From NCBI GenBank assembly GCA_965223415.1, contig OZ245002.1, forward strand, positions 1,760,001 through 1,824,000: a stretch of DNA of 64,000 nucleotides. Direction: 5' to 3'. Below the pieces are notes generated by a model. It did no database searches and was not told the DNA's origin. It saw nothing but the letters and a program-made list of their open reading frames with translations. Shown piece by piece: positions 26,157 to 34,323 of the stretch (the first letter of the stretch is position 1; each line of letters opens with the position of its first letter). The translations under genes and the position numbers were made by a program. Origin of the DNA: Myxococcota bacterium. Its GTDB lineage: Bacteria > Myxococcota_A > UBA9160 > UBA6930.

Positions 26157-26821
26157 GCTGCGGCGTCCCCGCCCGGCTCCTCGTAGCGCTCCCAGTGCAG
26201 CAGGTCGTCCACCGGCCGGCGCGGCGGACGGTCGTAGCGACCCACCGGCCAACCGATCGGCAGCAGCGCACAGCTGGGGCATTCCTCGGGCAGTCCGAGC
26301 CAGCGATCGCACTCCTCGCCGAAGCCCGTGTGCAGGGTCGTCAGGCTGGCGCCCAGGCCGACGGCCCGGCACGCGAGCAGCACGTTCTGGATGCACGGCA
26401 TCAGGGCCTGGAGCTGCGGCTGCCCCCGGCGCCGATAGCCCGCCACGAACAGGTGCACGGGCACCTCGTACAGGCGATCGGCCAGGTGGATCGCTGCCCG
26501 CTGCATGCGCCGCCGGGCCTCGGGGAAGGCCGGATCCCGCTCCGCGCGCTCCACGGCGGGCGCGATGTAGCGATGGAAGCGGGGCCGGTAGCGATCCGCG
26601 ACCCACTGCCGACGCTCCGGATCGGTAACGGCGACGAAGCGCCAGGGCTGCCGGTTTCCGCCGCTCGGCGCGAAGGTGCCCGCCTCGCACACCTTGCGGA
26701 TCAGGGCCCGGGGCACCGGGTCGGGCCGCAGCCGACGGATGGCCCGGGTGGTGCGGATGCCTTCGAGGAGCGGAACCTCCTCGCCCAGGCGCTCGATGGC
26801 GGCAGCGTCGAGGTCGGACAT
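26153..26821 (-). CDS. Nitroreductase family protein
   Basis: TTRAIRRL, APSGGNRQPWRF and QNVLLACRAVGLG. Confidence 0.9.
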   Translation of the reverse strand: MSDLDAAAIERLGEEVPLLEGIRTTRAIRRLRPDPVPRALIRKVCEAGTFAPSGGNRQPWRFVAVTDPERRQWVADRYRPRFHRYIAPAVERAERDPAFPEARRRMQRAAIHLADRLYEVPVHLFVAGYRRRGQPQLQALMPCIQNVLLACRAVGLGASLTTLHTGFGEECDRWLGLPEECPSCALLPIGWPVGRYDRPPRRPVDDLLHWERYEEPGGDAAA

Positions 26822-26827
26822 GGCCTG

Positions 26828-26837
26828 ACGCTAGACT
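26828..26837. promoter_or_regulatory. Overlapping bidirectional -10 boxes for two leaderless genes
   Basis: TAGACT (+) and TAGCGT (-) each lie exactly 6 nt from an ATG. Confidence 0.6.
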
Positions 26838-26843
26838 TCCGGC

Positions 26844-27683
26844 ATGCACGAGGCAAAGCGGGTGCGGGTCGGTCCCCTGGAGATGGAGTACACCGAGGCC
26901 GGCCGGGGCGAGCGGCCCTTCGTCCTGGTCCATGGCTTCACCGGCTCGCGGGACGACTTCGCGGACGTGCTTGCGCACCTGGGCGAGCTGGGCCACACGG
27001 TGACGCCGGACAACCGAGGCCACGGGGGAACCACGAACCCGGGCGTGCCCGAGGCCTACAGCCTCGAGCACCTGCGCGACGATCTGCTGGGCCTGCTCGA
27101 CGCCCTGGGCCACGAGCGGGTCGACCTGCTGGGCCACTCCCTCGGCGGCATGATCGCCCTGCGCTTCGTGCTCGCGCACCCGGACCGGGTCGCGTCGCTG
27201 GTGCTGATGGATACGGCGCCGGCGGCGATGCGGGGCATGCCGCGGGAGGTGTTCGAGGCGGGCGCCAAGGTCGCCCGCGAGCACGGCATGGCGGCACTCT
27301 TCGCGGGCATGCGGGCGCGCCCACCGGGGATCCAACCGGAGGCCGTGAAGCGCACCATCGAGAGGATGGGTGAGGAGCGCTACTGGGCGCGCATCGAGGC
27401 GAAGCTCCTGGCCATGGATCCGGAGGCCTTCGCGACCCTGTCCGCGGTGCTCGCGGAGCAGGAGCCGGTGACCGGGCGGCTCGGGGAGATCCGCTGCCCC
27501 ACCCTGGTCCTGGTCGGCGAGCAGGACGTGCCCTTCGTCCCACCTTCCCGAGAGATGGCCGAGCGCATCCCCGCCGCCGAGCTCCTGGTGGTGGAAGGCG
27601 CCGCCCACAGCCCCCAGTTCGAGAACGAAGCCGTCTGGCTGGACGCGGTCACGAGCCATCTTCGCCGCGCACGCGCCGGGTGA
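26844..27683 (+). CDS. Alpha/beta hydrolase
   Basis: VHGFTG, GHSLGG and AHSPQFE. Confidence 0.9.
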   Translation: MHEAKRVRVGPLEMEYTEAGRGERPFVLVHGFTGSRDDFADVLAHLGELGHTVTPDNRGHGGTTNPGVPEAYSLEHLRDDLLGLLDALGHERVDLLGHSLGGMIALRFVLAHPDRVASLVLMDTAPAAMRGMPREVFEAGAKVAREHGMAALFAGMRARPPGIQPEAVKRTIERMGEERYWARIEAKLLAMDPEAFATLSAVLAEQEPVTGRLGEIRCPTLVLVGEQDVPFVPPSREMAERIPAAELLVVEGAAHSPQFENEAVWLDAVTSHLRRARAG

Positions 27684-28177
27684 ACGTCCACTTCCAGGCG
27701 CTGGCCCGCTACAACCGCGGCGCCAACGTGCGGCTCTACCGGGCCTGCGGCAGCTTGGCCGACGAGGAACGCCGTCGCGATCGCGGCGCCTTCTTCGGCT
27801 CGATCCACGCCACCCTCAACCACATCCTGGTCGGCGACCGCATCTGGATGGCCCGCTTCGAGGGCGAGGCGGTCCCTTCGACCGGGCTGGACGCGATCCT
27901 CTACGACGACTGGGGCGATCTGCGCGCGACCCGCCGCGTCGAAGACGATCGCATCCTCCACTTCACGGAGACCCTCGAGCCGGCCTTCCTCGAGAGCGAG
28001 ATCGAGTACGTCAACAACGAAGGCCGCACCTTCCGCGACCCCGTCGCCGTGCTCCTTTCCCACTTCTTCAACCACCAGACCCATCACCGCGGCCAGATCC
28101 ACTGCCTCCTCACCCAGGCCGGTGTCGAGGCGCCGGTGCTCGACATGCACCGCGTCCTCATCCCCCATCCACCGTAG
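27680..28177 (+). CDS. DinB family protein
   Basis: FFGSIHATLNHILVGD and HFFNHQTHHRGQ. Confidence 0.9.
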   Translation: MNVHFQALARYNRGANVRLYRACGSLADEERRRDRGAFFGSIHATLNHILVGDRIWMARFEGEAVPSTGLDAILYDDWGDLRATRRVEDDRILHFTETLEPAFLESEIEYVNNEGRTFRDPVAVLLSHFFNHQTHHRGQIHCLLTQAGVEAPVLDMHRVLIPHPP

Positions 28178-28255
28178 AAGTGCAAGAGTGGGGACGTTCC
28201 TTGCAACTTGCGCAATTGCGCAAGTTGCAAGGAACGTCCCCACTCTTGCACTTCT
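28176..28255. repeat. Perfect 80-bp spacerless palindrome, family A
   Basis: agaagtgcaagagtggggacgttccttgcaacttgcgcaa is followed directly by its exact reverse complement. Confidence 0.92.
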
Positions 28256-28260
28256 CTACT

Positions 28261-28683
28261 TCAGGGGGTCTTGCCGAGCTTGAGGATGTGGTCGAAGGCC
28301 TTCTTGTCGATGGGCATGACCGAGAGACGGGATTGCTTGACGAGGGCGATCTCGGCGAGCTTCGGGTCGGCCTTGATGGCGGCGAGGGTGACGGGCTCCT
28401 TCAGCGGCTTCAGCGGTGCCAGGTCGACCACGACCCAGCGCTCGTCGTCGGTGGTCGGGTCCGGATAGCTCTCGCGGGTGACCTTCGCGACGCCCACCAC
28501 TTCCTTGCCCTCGTTCGAGTGGTAGTAGAGGACGTGGTCTCCCTTCTTCATGGCCTGCAGGTTGTTGCGCGCGGTGTAGTTGCGCACGCCGTCCCAGTAG
28601 GTGCTCCGGTCCTTCACGAGCTGATCCCACGAGTACTTAAACGGCTCCGACTTCACGAGCCAGTAGCTGCGCGCCCGCGCCAT
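28261..28683 (-). CDS. EVE domain protein
   Basis: YWLVKSEP, WDGVRNYTARNNL, YYHS and SRLSVMP. Confidence 0.92.
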   Translation of the reverse strand: MARARSYWLVKSEPFKYSWDQLVKDRSTYWDGVRNYTARNNLQAMKKGDHVLYYHSNEGKEVVGVAKVTRESYPDPTTDDERWVVVDLAPLKPLKEPVTLAAIKADPKLAEIALVKQSRLSVMPIDKKAFDHILKLGKTP

Positions 28684-28708
28684 CCGCGCCTCCTCTATGA
28701 TCCGGGGC

Positions 28709-29626
28709 ATGGACGATACCCCGGCCCTCCAGGATCTCGACCTCGGAAGCGCCACGGTGCTGCTCGGCGAGAAGCAGGGCAAGTATCCCCAGGGCAACTC
28801 CGTCCTCGTGCGCGGGAGCGAGGAGACGGTGGTGATCGACCCGTGCCTCGGCCTCGTGCCACGCCGCGAAGCGCTGCCGGCGGTGGACCGCGTGTTGCTG
28901 AGCCACTGCCACGAGGATCACCAGGCGGGTGCCTTCCTCTTCCCGGAAACGCCGATCCACCTGCACGAGGCGGACCTGCCGGGGCTCCAGAGCCTTCCGG
29001 GCTTCCTCGCCATCTTCGGCTTCGACGACTACCCGGAGGTCGCGTCCGCCTGGGAAGAGGCGGTCCAGCAACAGTTCCACTTTCAAGTGCGGCGAGACGC
29101 CCTCCCGTTCCGGGACGGCGACATCTTCGAGCTGGGTGGCGACGTGCGTGTCGAGGTCGTGCACACGCCGGGGCACACCCGCGGCCACTCGGCCTTCCAC
29201 CTGCAGCCCGCCGACGTCCTCTTCCTCGGCGACATCGACCTCTCGAGCTTCGGCCCCTACTACGGCGACGCCTGGTCGGATCTCGAGGCCTTCGAGCGCA
29301 GCCTGGCCCGCGTCCGCGACATCCCCGCGCGCCACTACGCCACCTTCCACCACGTCGGAGTGGTCGACCGCCCCATCTTCCTGGAGCGGCTCGAGCGGTT
29401 CTCGGCGAAGATCGCCGAGCGGGAGGGCCGGCTGCTCGAGTTCCTGGCCGAGCCCCACAGTCTGGACGACGTGGCCCGCCACCGCTTCGTCTACCGTCCG
29501 GGCGACCCCGTGGCCTTCGCCGAGCCCGTCGAGCGGCGCAGCATGGCCCAGCACGTCGAGCGGCTGGTGCGCCAGGGACGTGTGGAGGAGGTGGAACCCG
29601 GCGTCTTCCGGAGCAATGGGGTATAG
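28709..29626 (+). CDS. MBL-fold metallo-hydrolase
   Basis: SHCHEDH, HTPGHTRGH and GDIDL. Confidence 0.88.
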   Translation: MDDTPALQDLDLGSATVLLGEKQGKYPQGNSVLVRGSEETVVIDPCLGLVPRREALPAVDRVLLSHCHEDHQAGAFLFPETPIHLHEADLPGLQSLPGFLAIFGFDDYPEVASAWEEAVQQQFHFQVRRDALPFRDGDIFELGGDVRVEVVHTPGHTRGHSAFHLQPADVLFLGDIDLSSFGPYYGDAWSDLEAFERSLARVRDIPARHYATFHHVGVVDRPIFLERLERFSAKIAEREGRLLEFLAEPHSLDDVARHRFVYRPGDPVAFAEPVERRSMAQHVERLVRQGRVEEVEPGVFRSNGV

Positions 29627-29676
29627 ATTCTGCCTCGCGCGGCCCGGGCCGACCCGGGAGTGCCACGGAGGGAACG

Positions 29677-29892
29677 ATGAAGGTCAAGGTCGACTGGGAC
29701 CTGTGTGAGGCCAACGCCGTCTGCATGGACGTCGCCCCGGCGCTGTTCCACGTGAACGACGAGGACGAGTTCAGTCACAAGGTCGCGGGCGATGCCGAGG
29801 ACACCTCGGGCGCGATCCCGGGGGATCAGGTCGACAAGGCGAAGGAGGCGGTGCGCCTCTGCCCCCGTCAGGCCCTGTCCATCATCGAGTAG
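29677..29892 (+). CDS. Ferredoxin (3Fe-4S type)
   Basis: DLCEANAVC...CPRQAL. GGAGG RBS. Confidence 0.88.
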   Translation: MKVKVDWDLCEANAVCMDVAPALFHVNDEDEFSHKVAGDAEDTSGAIPGDQVDKAKEAVRLCPRQALSIIE

Positions 29893-29901
29893 ACGGGCGC
29901 T

Positions 29902-30318
29902 TCAGGCGCCCGCCTCCGGGTCCATGGACTCGTCGAGGCGGAGCGCCACGGAGTTCATGCAGTAGCGCTGGCCCGTCGGCCGGGGACCGTCGGGGAAGAC
30001 GTGGCCCAGGTGGCCGCCGCAGGCTGCGCACACCACCTCGGTGCGGACCATTCCGAGGCTGGTATCGCTGTGCTCCACCACTCGATCCGGCGCGATCGGC
30101 TCCCAGAAGCTGGGCCAGCCGGTGCCGGAATCGAACTTCGTGGTCGAACGGAACAGCGGCGTGTCGCATCCCGCACAGCGGTAGATGCCCGGCGTCTTCT
30201 CGTCGTGGTAGGCGCCGGTGAACGCCCGCTCGGTTCCCGCCTGCCGCAGCACCGCGTACTGGTCGGGCGTGAGCTCCGCCTTCCACTCCTCGTCCGTCCT
30301 CTCGTCCTTGCCGCCCAT
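29902..30318 (-). CDS. msrB: Peptide-methionine (R)-S-oxide reductase
   Basis: [26 protein letters not shown] and RYCMNS. Confidence 0.96.
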   Translation of the reverse strand: MGGKDERTDEEWKAELTPDQYAVLRQAGTERAFTGAYHDEKTPGIYRCAGCDTPLFRSTTKFDSGTGWPSFWEPIAPDRVVEHSDTSLGMVRTEVVCAACGGHLGHVFPDGPRPTGQRYCMNSVALRLDESMDPEAGA

Positions 30319-30336
30319 CTCGCTTCCTCCCGGGTG

Positions 30337-30624
30337 CTAGCCGTTCCCGCAGGTGCGGAGCATCGACATCGCCATGGCCAGTACCGCGGTGATGATCCAA
30401 ACCAGGTTGCGCCCGCGGCTCTGGATCTCCCGCTCCTCCGAGTCCTCGTCGTGCTCGTAGGGAACGGCCATCTCGCCGCCGAGCGGCGGCTCCTCCCGAC
30501 GCTGGATCACACCGAGGATCCCGCGTCCGAGCGGCCCGCCGCAATGGACGCAGCGCTTCGTGCCGGGAGCGAACGACGTCTGGCACCGCTCGCAACGCAC
30601 CTCATAGACGCTGGATTCAGCCAC
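30337..30624 (-). CDS. Small Zn-ribbon protein with C-terminal TM helix
   Basis: CERC...CVHC and C-terminal LVWIITAVLAMAMSML. Confidence 0.65.
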   Translation of the reverse strand: MAESSVYEVRCERCQTSFAPGTKRCVHCGGPLGRGILGVIQRREEPPLGGEMAVPYEHDEDSEEREIQSRGRNLVWIITAVLAMAMSMLRTCGNG

Positions 30625-30658
30625 ACCCGGAAGTTAACGGAGGATCCGGCCCCTGGGC

Positions 30659-31114
30659 TCACTGGGGGATCTGGAGGGCCTCGGGAAGGGTGCCTTCCAT
30701 GAAGGCCTGGTCCTCGCGGCGGCTCGCGATGCGCCAGCCGTCGGGCGTGCGGACAAGATCGTCCACGTAGTAGGCACCGACGGTGAACTGGTGGAGGCTG
30801 CCGTCCGGGTTGGCGAAGCCCATCGGGTTGAGCACCGCGGTGCGGGCGCGCGCGCGATCGCCGTCGAGGGTGACCTCGGAGTTGGTGATGTAGTGGACGG
30901 TCATCGGGAAGGGCGCCAGCGCCTTCTCGAGCCAGGCGCGCGCCTCCGGATAGGAGCCCTTGATGCCGCCGGAGGAGACGTAGTCCACCTCCGCGTCGGG
31001 CGTGAAGCACTCGTCGAGGAGCGCCCAGTCCTTCTCGTCGATCGCCTTCGTGTAACGAACGAGCAGGTCCTGGATCTCGAGGCGATCCGAGACCTCCTGG
31101 AGCGACAGCGCCAC
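30659..31114 (-). CDS. NTF2/SnoaL-like protein
   Basis: DRLEIQDLLVRYTKAIDEKDW...YVDDLVRTPDGWRI. Confidence 0.88.
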   Translation of the reverse strand: MALSLQEVSDRLEIQDLLVRYTKAIDEKDWALLDECFTPDAEVDYVSSGGIKGSYPEARAWLEKALAPFPMTVHYITNSEVTLDGDRARARTAVLNPMGFANPDGSLHQFTVGAYYVDDLVRTPDGWRIASRREDQAFMEGTLPEALQIPQ

Positions 31115-31116
31115 GG

Positions 31117-32307
31117 TTAGCGCTTCACGATCACGGAGGAGCCGTGACCGAAGAGGCCGTAGTTGGCGGTGATGCCGAGGCGCGCGTTCTCGACCTGACG
31201 TCCAGGCGCCTCGCCGCGCAGCTGCCAGGTGAGCTCGCATACCTGGGCGATCGCCTGGGCGGGGATCGCCTCGCCGAAGGCCCCGAGACCGCCGCTGGTG
31301 TTCACCGGGATGCGGCCGCCGACGGAGGTATCGCCCTCGCGCACGAGCTTCTCCGCCTCGCCCTCTTTGCACAGCCCGAGGATCTCGTACCAGTCGAGCT
31401 CGAGGGCGGAGGAGAGGTCGTAGACCTCGGCCAGGTCCATGTCGTCCGGACCGACGCCCGCCTGCTCGTAGGCGTACTTCGCGATCGACGGGCGGAAGGG
31501 CACGTCGGGCATCTGCACGCCGGCGGCCGAGTCGGTCGAGAAGTTGGGCATCTCGATCAGGGTGTTCGGGTACTTCGGCGTGACGTTCGAGACCGCGGGG
31601 ATCGTGACGAAGCTCGTCGCGTGCTTGCGGGCGAACTCGGTGCTCGTGAGCACGATCGCCGCGCCGCCGTCGCTGGTCGCGCAGATCTGCAGCAGGCGCA
31701 GCGGATCGGACACGATCGGCGAGGCCAGCACCTCGTCGAGAGAGAAGGATTTCTGGTAGCGCGCATTCGGGTTCTGGGCGCCGTGGCGGCTGTTCTTCAC
31801 CTTGACCTTGGCGAAGTCCTCCTCGGTGGCGCCGAAGAGCTCCATGCGTCGCCGTGCCCACAGGCCGAAGTAGACCGGGTTCGTGGCGCCGACGAGTCGG
31901 AAGCGCAGCCAGTCCGGGTCCTTGGTGCGATCGCCGCCCCCGGTGGGAGCAAAGAAGCCCTTGGGCGTGGTGTCGGCGCCGACCACGAGGGCCACGTCGC
32001 ACAGGCCTGCCAGGATCTGGGCCCGGGCCGTGGCGATGGCCTGGGAGCCGGAAGCGCAGGCCCCGTAGGAGCTGGCGACCTGGGCGCCCTGCCAGCCCAG
32101 GGCCTGGGCGAAGGTCGCGCCAGCGACGTAGCCCGGGTAGCCGTTGCGGATCGTGTCGCCGCCGGCGACGAACTGGACGTCCTTCCACTCGAGGCCCGCG
32201 TCGGCCAGGGCGTCCTTGGCTGCCTTCACCCCGTACTCGACAAAGTTCCGGCCCCACTTGCCCCAGGGATGCATTCCGACCCCGAGGATCGCGACTTCAC
32301 TCGACAT
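31117..32307 (-). CDS. Thiolase-like lipid-transfer protein (Rv1627c-like)
   Basis: GMHPWGKWG, DTIRNGYPG, GADTTPKGFFAP and GEAIPAQA. Confidence 0.88.
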   Translation of the reverse strand: MSSEVAILGVGMHPWGKWGRNFVEYGVKAAKDALADAGLEWKDVQFVAGGDTIRNGYPGYVAGATFAQALGWQGAQVASSYGACASGSQAIATARAQILAGLCDVALVVGADTTPKGFFAPTGGGDRTKDPDWLRFRLVGATNPVYFGLWARRRMELFGATEEDFAKVKVKNSRHGAQNPNARYQKSFSLDEVLASPIVSDPLRLLQICATSDGGAAIVLTSTEFARKHATSFVTIPAVSNVTPKYPNTLIEMPNFSTDSAAGVQMPDVPFRPSIAKYAYEQAGVGPDDMDLAEVYDLSSALELDWYEILGLCKEGEAEKLVREGDTSVGGRIPVNTSGGLGAFGEAIPAQAIAQVCELTWQLRGEAPGRQVENARLGITANYGLFGHGSSVIVKR

Positions 32308-32328
32308 TCGTTGGACTCCTCGGGCTCG

Positions 32329-32760
32329 TTAGGCGGCGGGGCGCCACTTCCAGACCAGGTACTCGTTGTCGTCGTCCTCGTAGAGGGTGTCGAGGACGAG
32401 CTCCATCTCCATGCCAGCCTCGAGGTCCGCGACGCCGACGCCGCCCACCACCTGGCCGATCACGATCATCTTCTCCGCCTCGAGCTCCACGGCGGCGATC
32501 GAGTAGGGCTCGAAGGGCTCCTTGGCCACGAAGGGCTCGGGCGGCGCGTAGCAGTTGTTGGTGAAGGACCAGACGCGGCCGGTCCGGGAGAGCGGGATCT
32601 CCTCGAACTCGGTGCCGCCGCACTCCGGGTTGCGGCAGTAGGCCTCCTCCTTGGGGAAGAAGACGTTGCTGCAGCGGGTGCAACGGGTGCCGAGCAGGCG
32701 CGGCGCCTGCCGGTCCATGGTGAACCAGCCGGGGACAGCGGGGACGGCGGTCTTGCTCAT
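32329..32760 (-). CDS. DUF35 Zn-ribbon/OB-fold protein (Rv1628c-like)
   Basis: CTRC..VFFP..CRNPEC, GRVWSFT and GMEMEL. Confidence 0.88.
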   Translation of the reverse strand: MSKTAVPAVPGWFTMDRQAPRLLGTRCTRCSNVFFPKEEAYCRNPECGGTEFEEIPLSRTGRVWSFTNNCYAPPEPFVAKEPFEPYSIAAVELEAEKMIVIGQVVGGVGVADLEAGMEMELVLDTLYEDDDNEYLVWKWRPAA

Positions 32761-32953
32761 GGCGGGGGTTTATCACAGGGGTCCGGCGCCGGCCGGTGGG
32801 CTGGCCCCGGGGGGAGCGAGCCCTATCGGAGGATGCGACCGGGTCGCGAGTGACATTTCCTGGTCCCCAGGCCACATACCCAACGGGGGGTTTCGGCTTC
32901 GGCCACGGCCTCAAGATGCGGATTTTGAAGCGATTCTTCGCGGGAGACCTGAG

Positions 32954-33520
32954 ATGAAACGATCTGGTTGGTTTGGCGCGCTGTTGGCCGCGGTATTGCT
33001 CATCGGAGGTGCCGCCGGGGCGACTCCGATCTACGACGAAGGCACGGATGGGGACATTTCCACGGACGACACCCAGCCGACGATCATCACGGCGGTGGCT
33101 GGCCTCAACGAGATCGTCCTGACCTTCGGCCCCGGCGATACCCAGAACTTCTTCGAGATCGACCTCGGCGGGAGCCTGGCGCTCACCCAGGTGGTGCTGA
33201 ACGGCTTCTCGACGTCGCCGGCGAATCTCGCCAGCCTGCTCGGCAACTGCTCGCCCGGTGCCGGGTGCACCGCCTTCAATGCCCAGGCGAGTGAGCGGCT
33301 CGAGACGGCCGCCGTGGGCTCGGACCTGTTGCCGGGGCTGCTCGGGGACCTCGGGCCGAACGAGACCCTGACGAACCGCTGGGTGACTGCCGAGAGTCAG
33401 GCCTCCACGACCGTGAGCCTGATCTTCGTGACCACCACGGTGCCCGAACCCTCCCTGCTCGGACTCGGCCTGGTGGGGCTAGCCGCCCTCACTTTCAAAC
33501 GTCGTCTCGCCGATTCATGA
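32954..33520 (+). CDS. PEP-CTERM sorting domain protein
   Basis: Signal peptide and C-terminal VPEPSLLGLGLVGLAALTFKRR. Confidence 0.88.
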   Translation: MKRSGWFGALLAAVLLIGGAAGATPIYDEGTDGDISTDDTQPTIITAVAGLNEIVLTFGPGDTQNFFEIDLGGSLALTQVVLNGFSTSPANLASLLGNCSPGAGCTAFNAQASERLETAAVGSDLLPGLLGDLGPNETLTNRWVTAESQASTTVSLIFVTTTVPEPSLLGLGLVGLAALTFKRRLADS

Positions 33521-33595
33521 AGGTGGGGTGAAACCGGCCCCCAGGCGTGCGCGGGGTCACGCCCTAAACGGGTTGGATCTGCTCCACTGTGACCC

Positions 33596-34255
33596 ATGGT
33601 GGAGAGAGGTTCGACGGACGCGGTCCACGATCGCGTCCAGGCGCACTTCGGTGAGGTGATCGACGAGGCCCGGCGCATGGAACGCCGGATCGCGGGCTGG
33701 GTCAGCCGGGAAGAGCTGGTTTCGTGGGGGGGCATGGGCCTGCTGGAGGCGGCCCAGCGCTTTCGGCCGGACTTCGGTGTTCCCTTCACCCAGTACGCCC
33801 GATACCGGGTTCGCGGCGCCATGCTCGATGGCCTCCGCGAGGTGAACGGCGTGCCCCAGGGGTTGTGGCGGGCGCGCTCCCGGGAGGATGAGGCGGCCTC
33901 CGCCACCCTGGACGCCCACGCCGAACGGGTGGCCGGTGCGCGCACCAGCGGCTGGCTGGCGGAGACCGGCTCCGACGAGTGGGGCCAGCCCATCGCGGTG
34001 GACCGGGAGCCGGATCCGGAGGCCATGGCCAGCGACCGGCAGCTCGCCGGGGTGGTCGAGGAGGCGCTGGACGCCCTTCCCGAGGCCGAGGCCACGGTCA
34101 TCCGCCGCCACGTCCTGGCGGACGAGCCCCTGGCGGAGGTCGCCCTGGAGCTCGGCGTGAGCAACCCGCGAGCCCACCAGATCCGCGCCCGCGCCCTCCG
34201 CCGCCTGGCCCCGCGCCTGCGCGGCCTCGCCCACCCCGAGCGCGCCGCCGGGTGA
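33596..34255 (+). CDS. Sigma-70 family factor, FliA/WhiG-like region 2
   Basis: EELVSWGGMGLLEAAQRF...FTQYARYRVRGAMLDGLR and HTH LAEVALELGVSNPRAHQI. Confidence 0.8.
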   Translation: MVERGSTDAVHDRVQAHFGEVIDEARRMERRIAGWVSREELVSWGGMGLLEAAQRFRPDFGVPFTQYARYRVRGAMLDGLREVNGVPQGLWRARSREDEAASATLDAHAERVAGARTSGWLAETGSDEWGQPIAVDREPDPEAMASDRQLAGVVEEALDALPEAEATVIRRHVLADEPLAEVALELGVSNPRAHQIRARALRRLAPRLRGLAHPERAAG

Positions 34256-34323
34256 GACAAGGGGACGTTCCTTTCTGTCTCACGGTCGCCGTGAGACAGA
34301 AAGGAACGTCCCCTTGTCTCACC
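34251..34323. repeat. REP-like palindrome, family A (35-bp stem)
   Basis: ggtgagacaaggggacgttcctttctgtctcacgg-tcg-reverse complement. Confidence 0.9.

Noticed and set aside
27680..29626. DinB/EVE/MBL genes as a defence island
   Set aside because: These are common stand-alone families in mixed orientation, with no nuclease, methylase or mobility genes.
33554..33595. GGGTCAC...GTGACCC inverted repeat before the sigma gene
   Set aside because: A 7-bp GC-rich stem with a long loop is plausible by chance.
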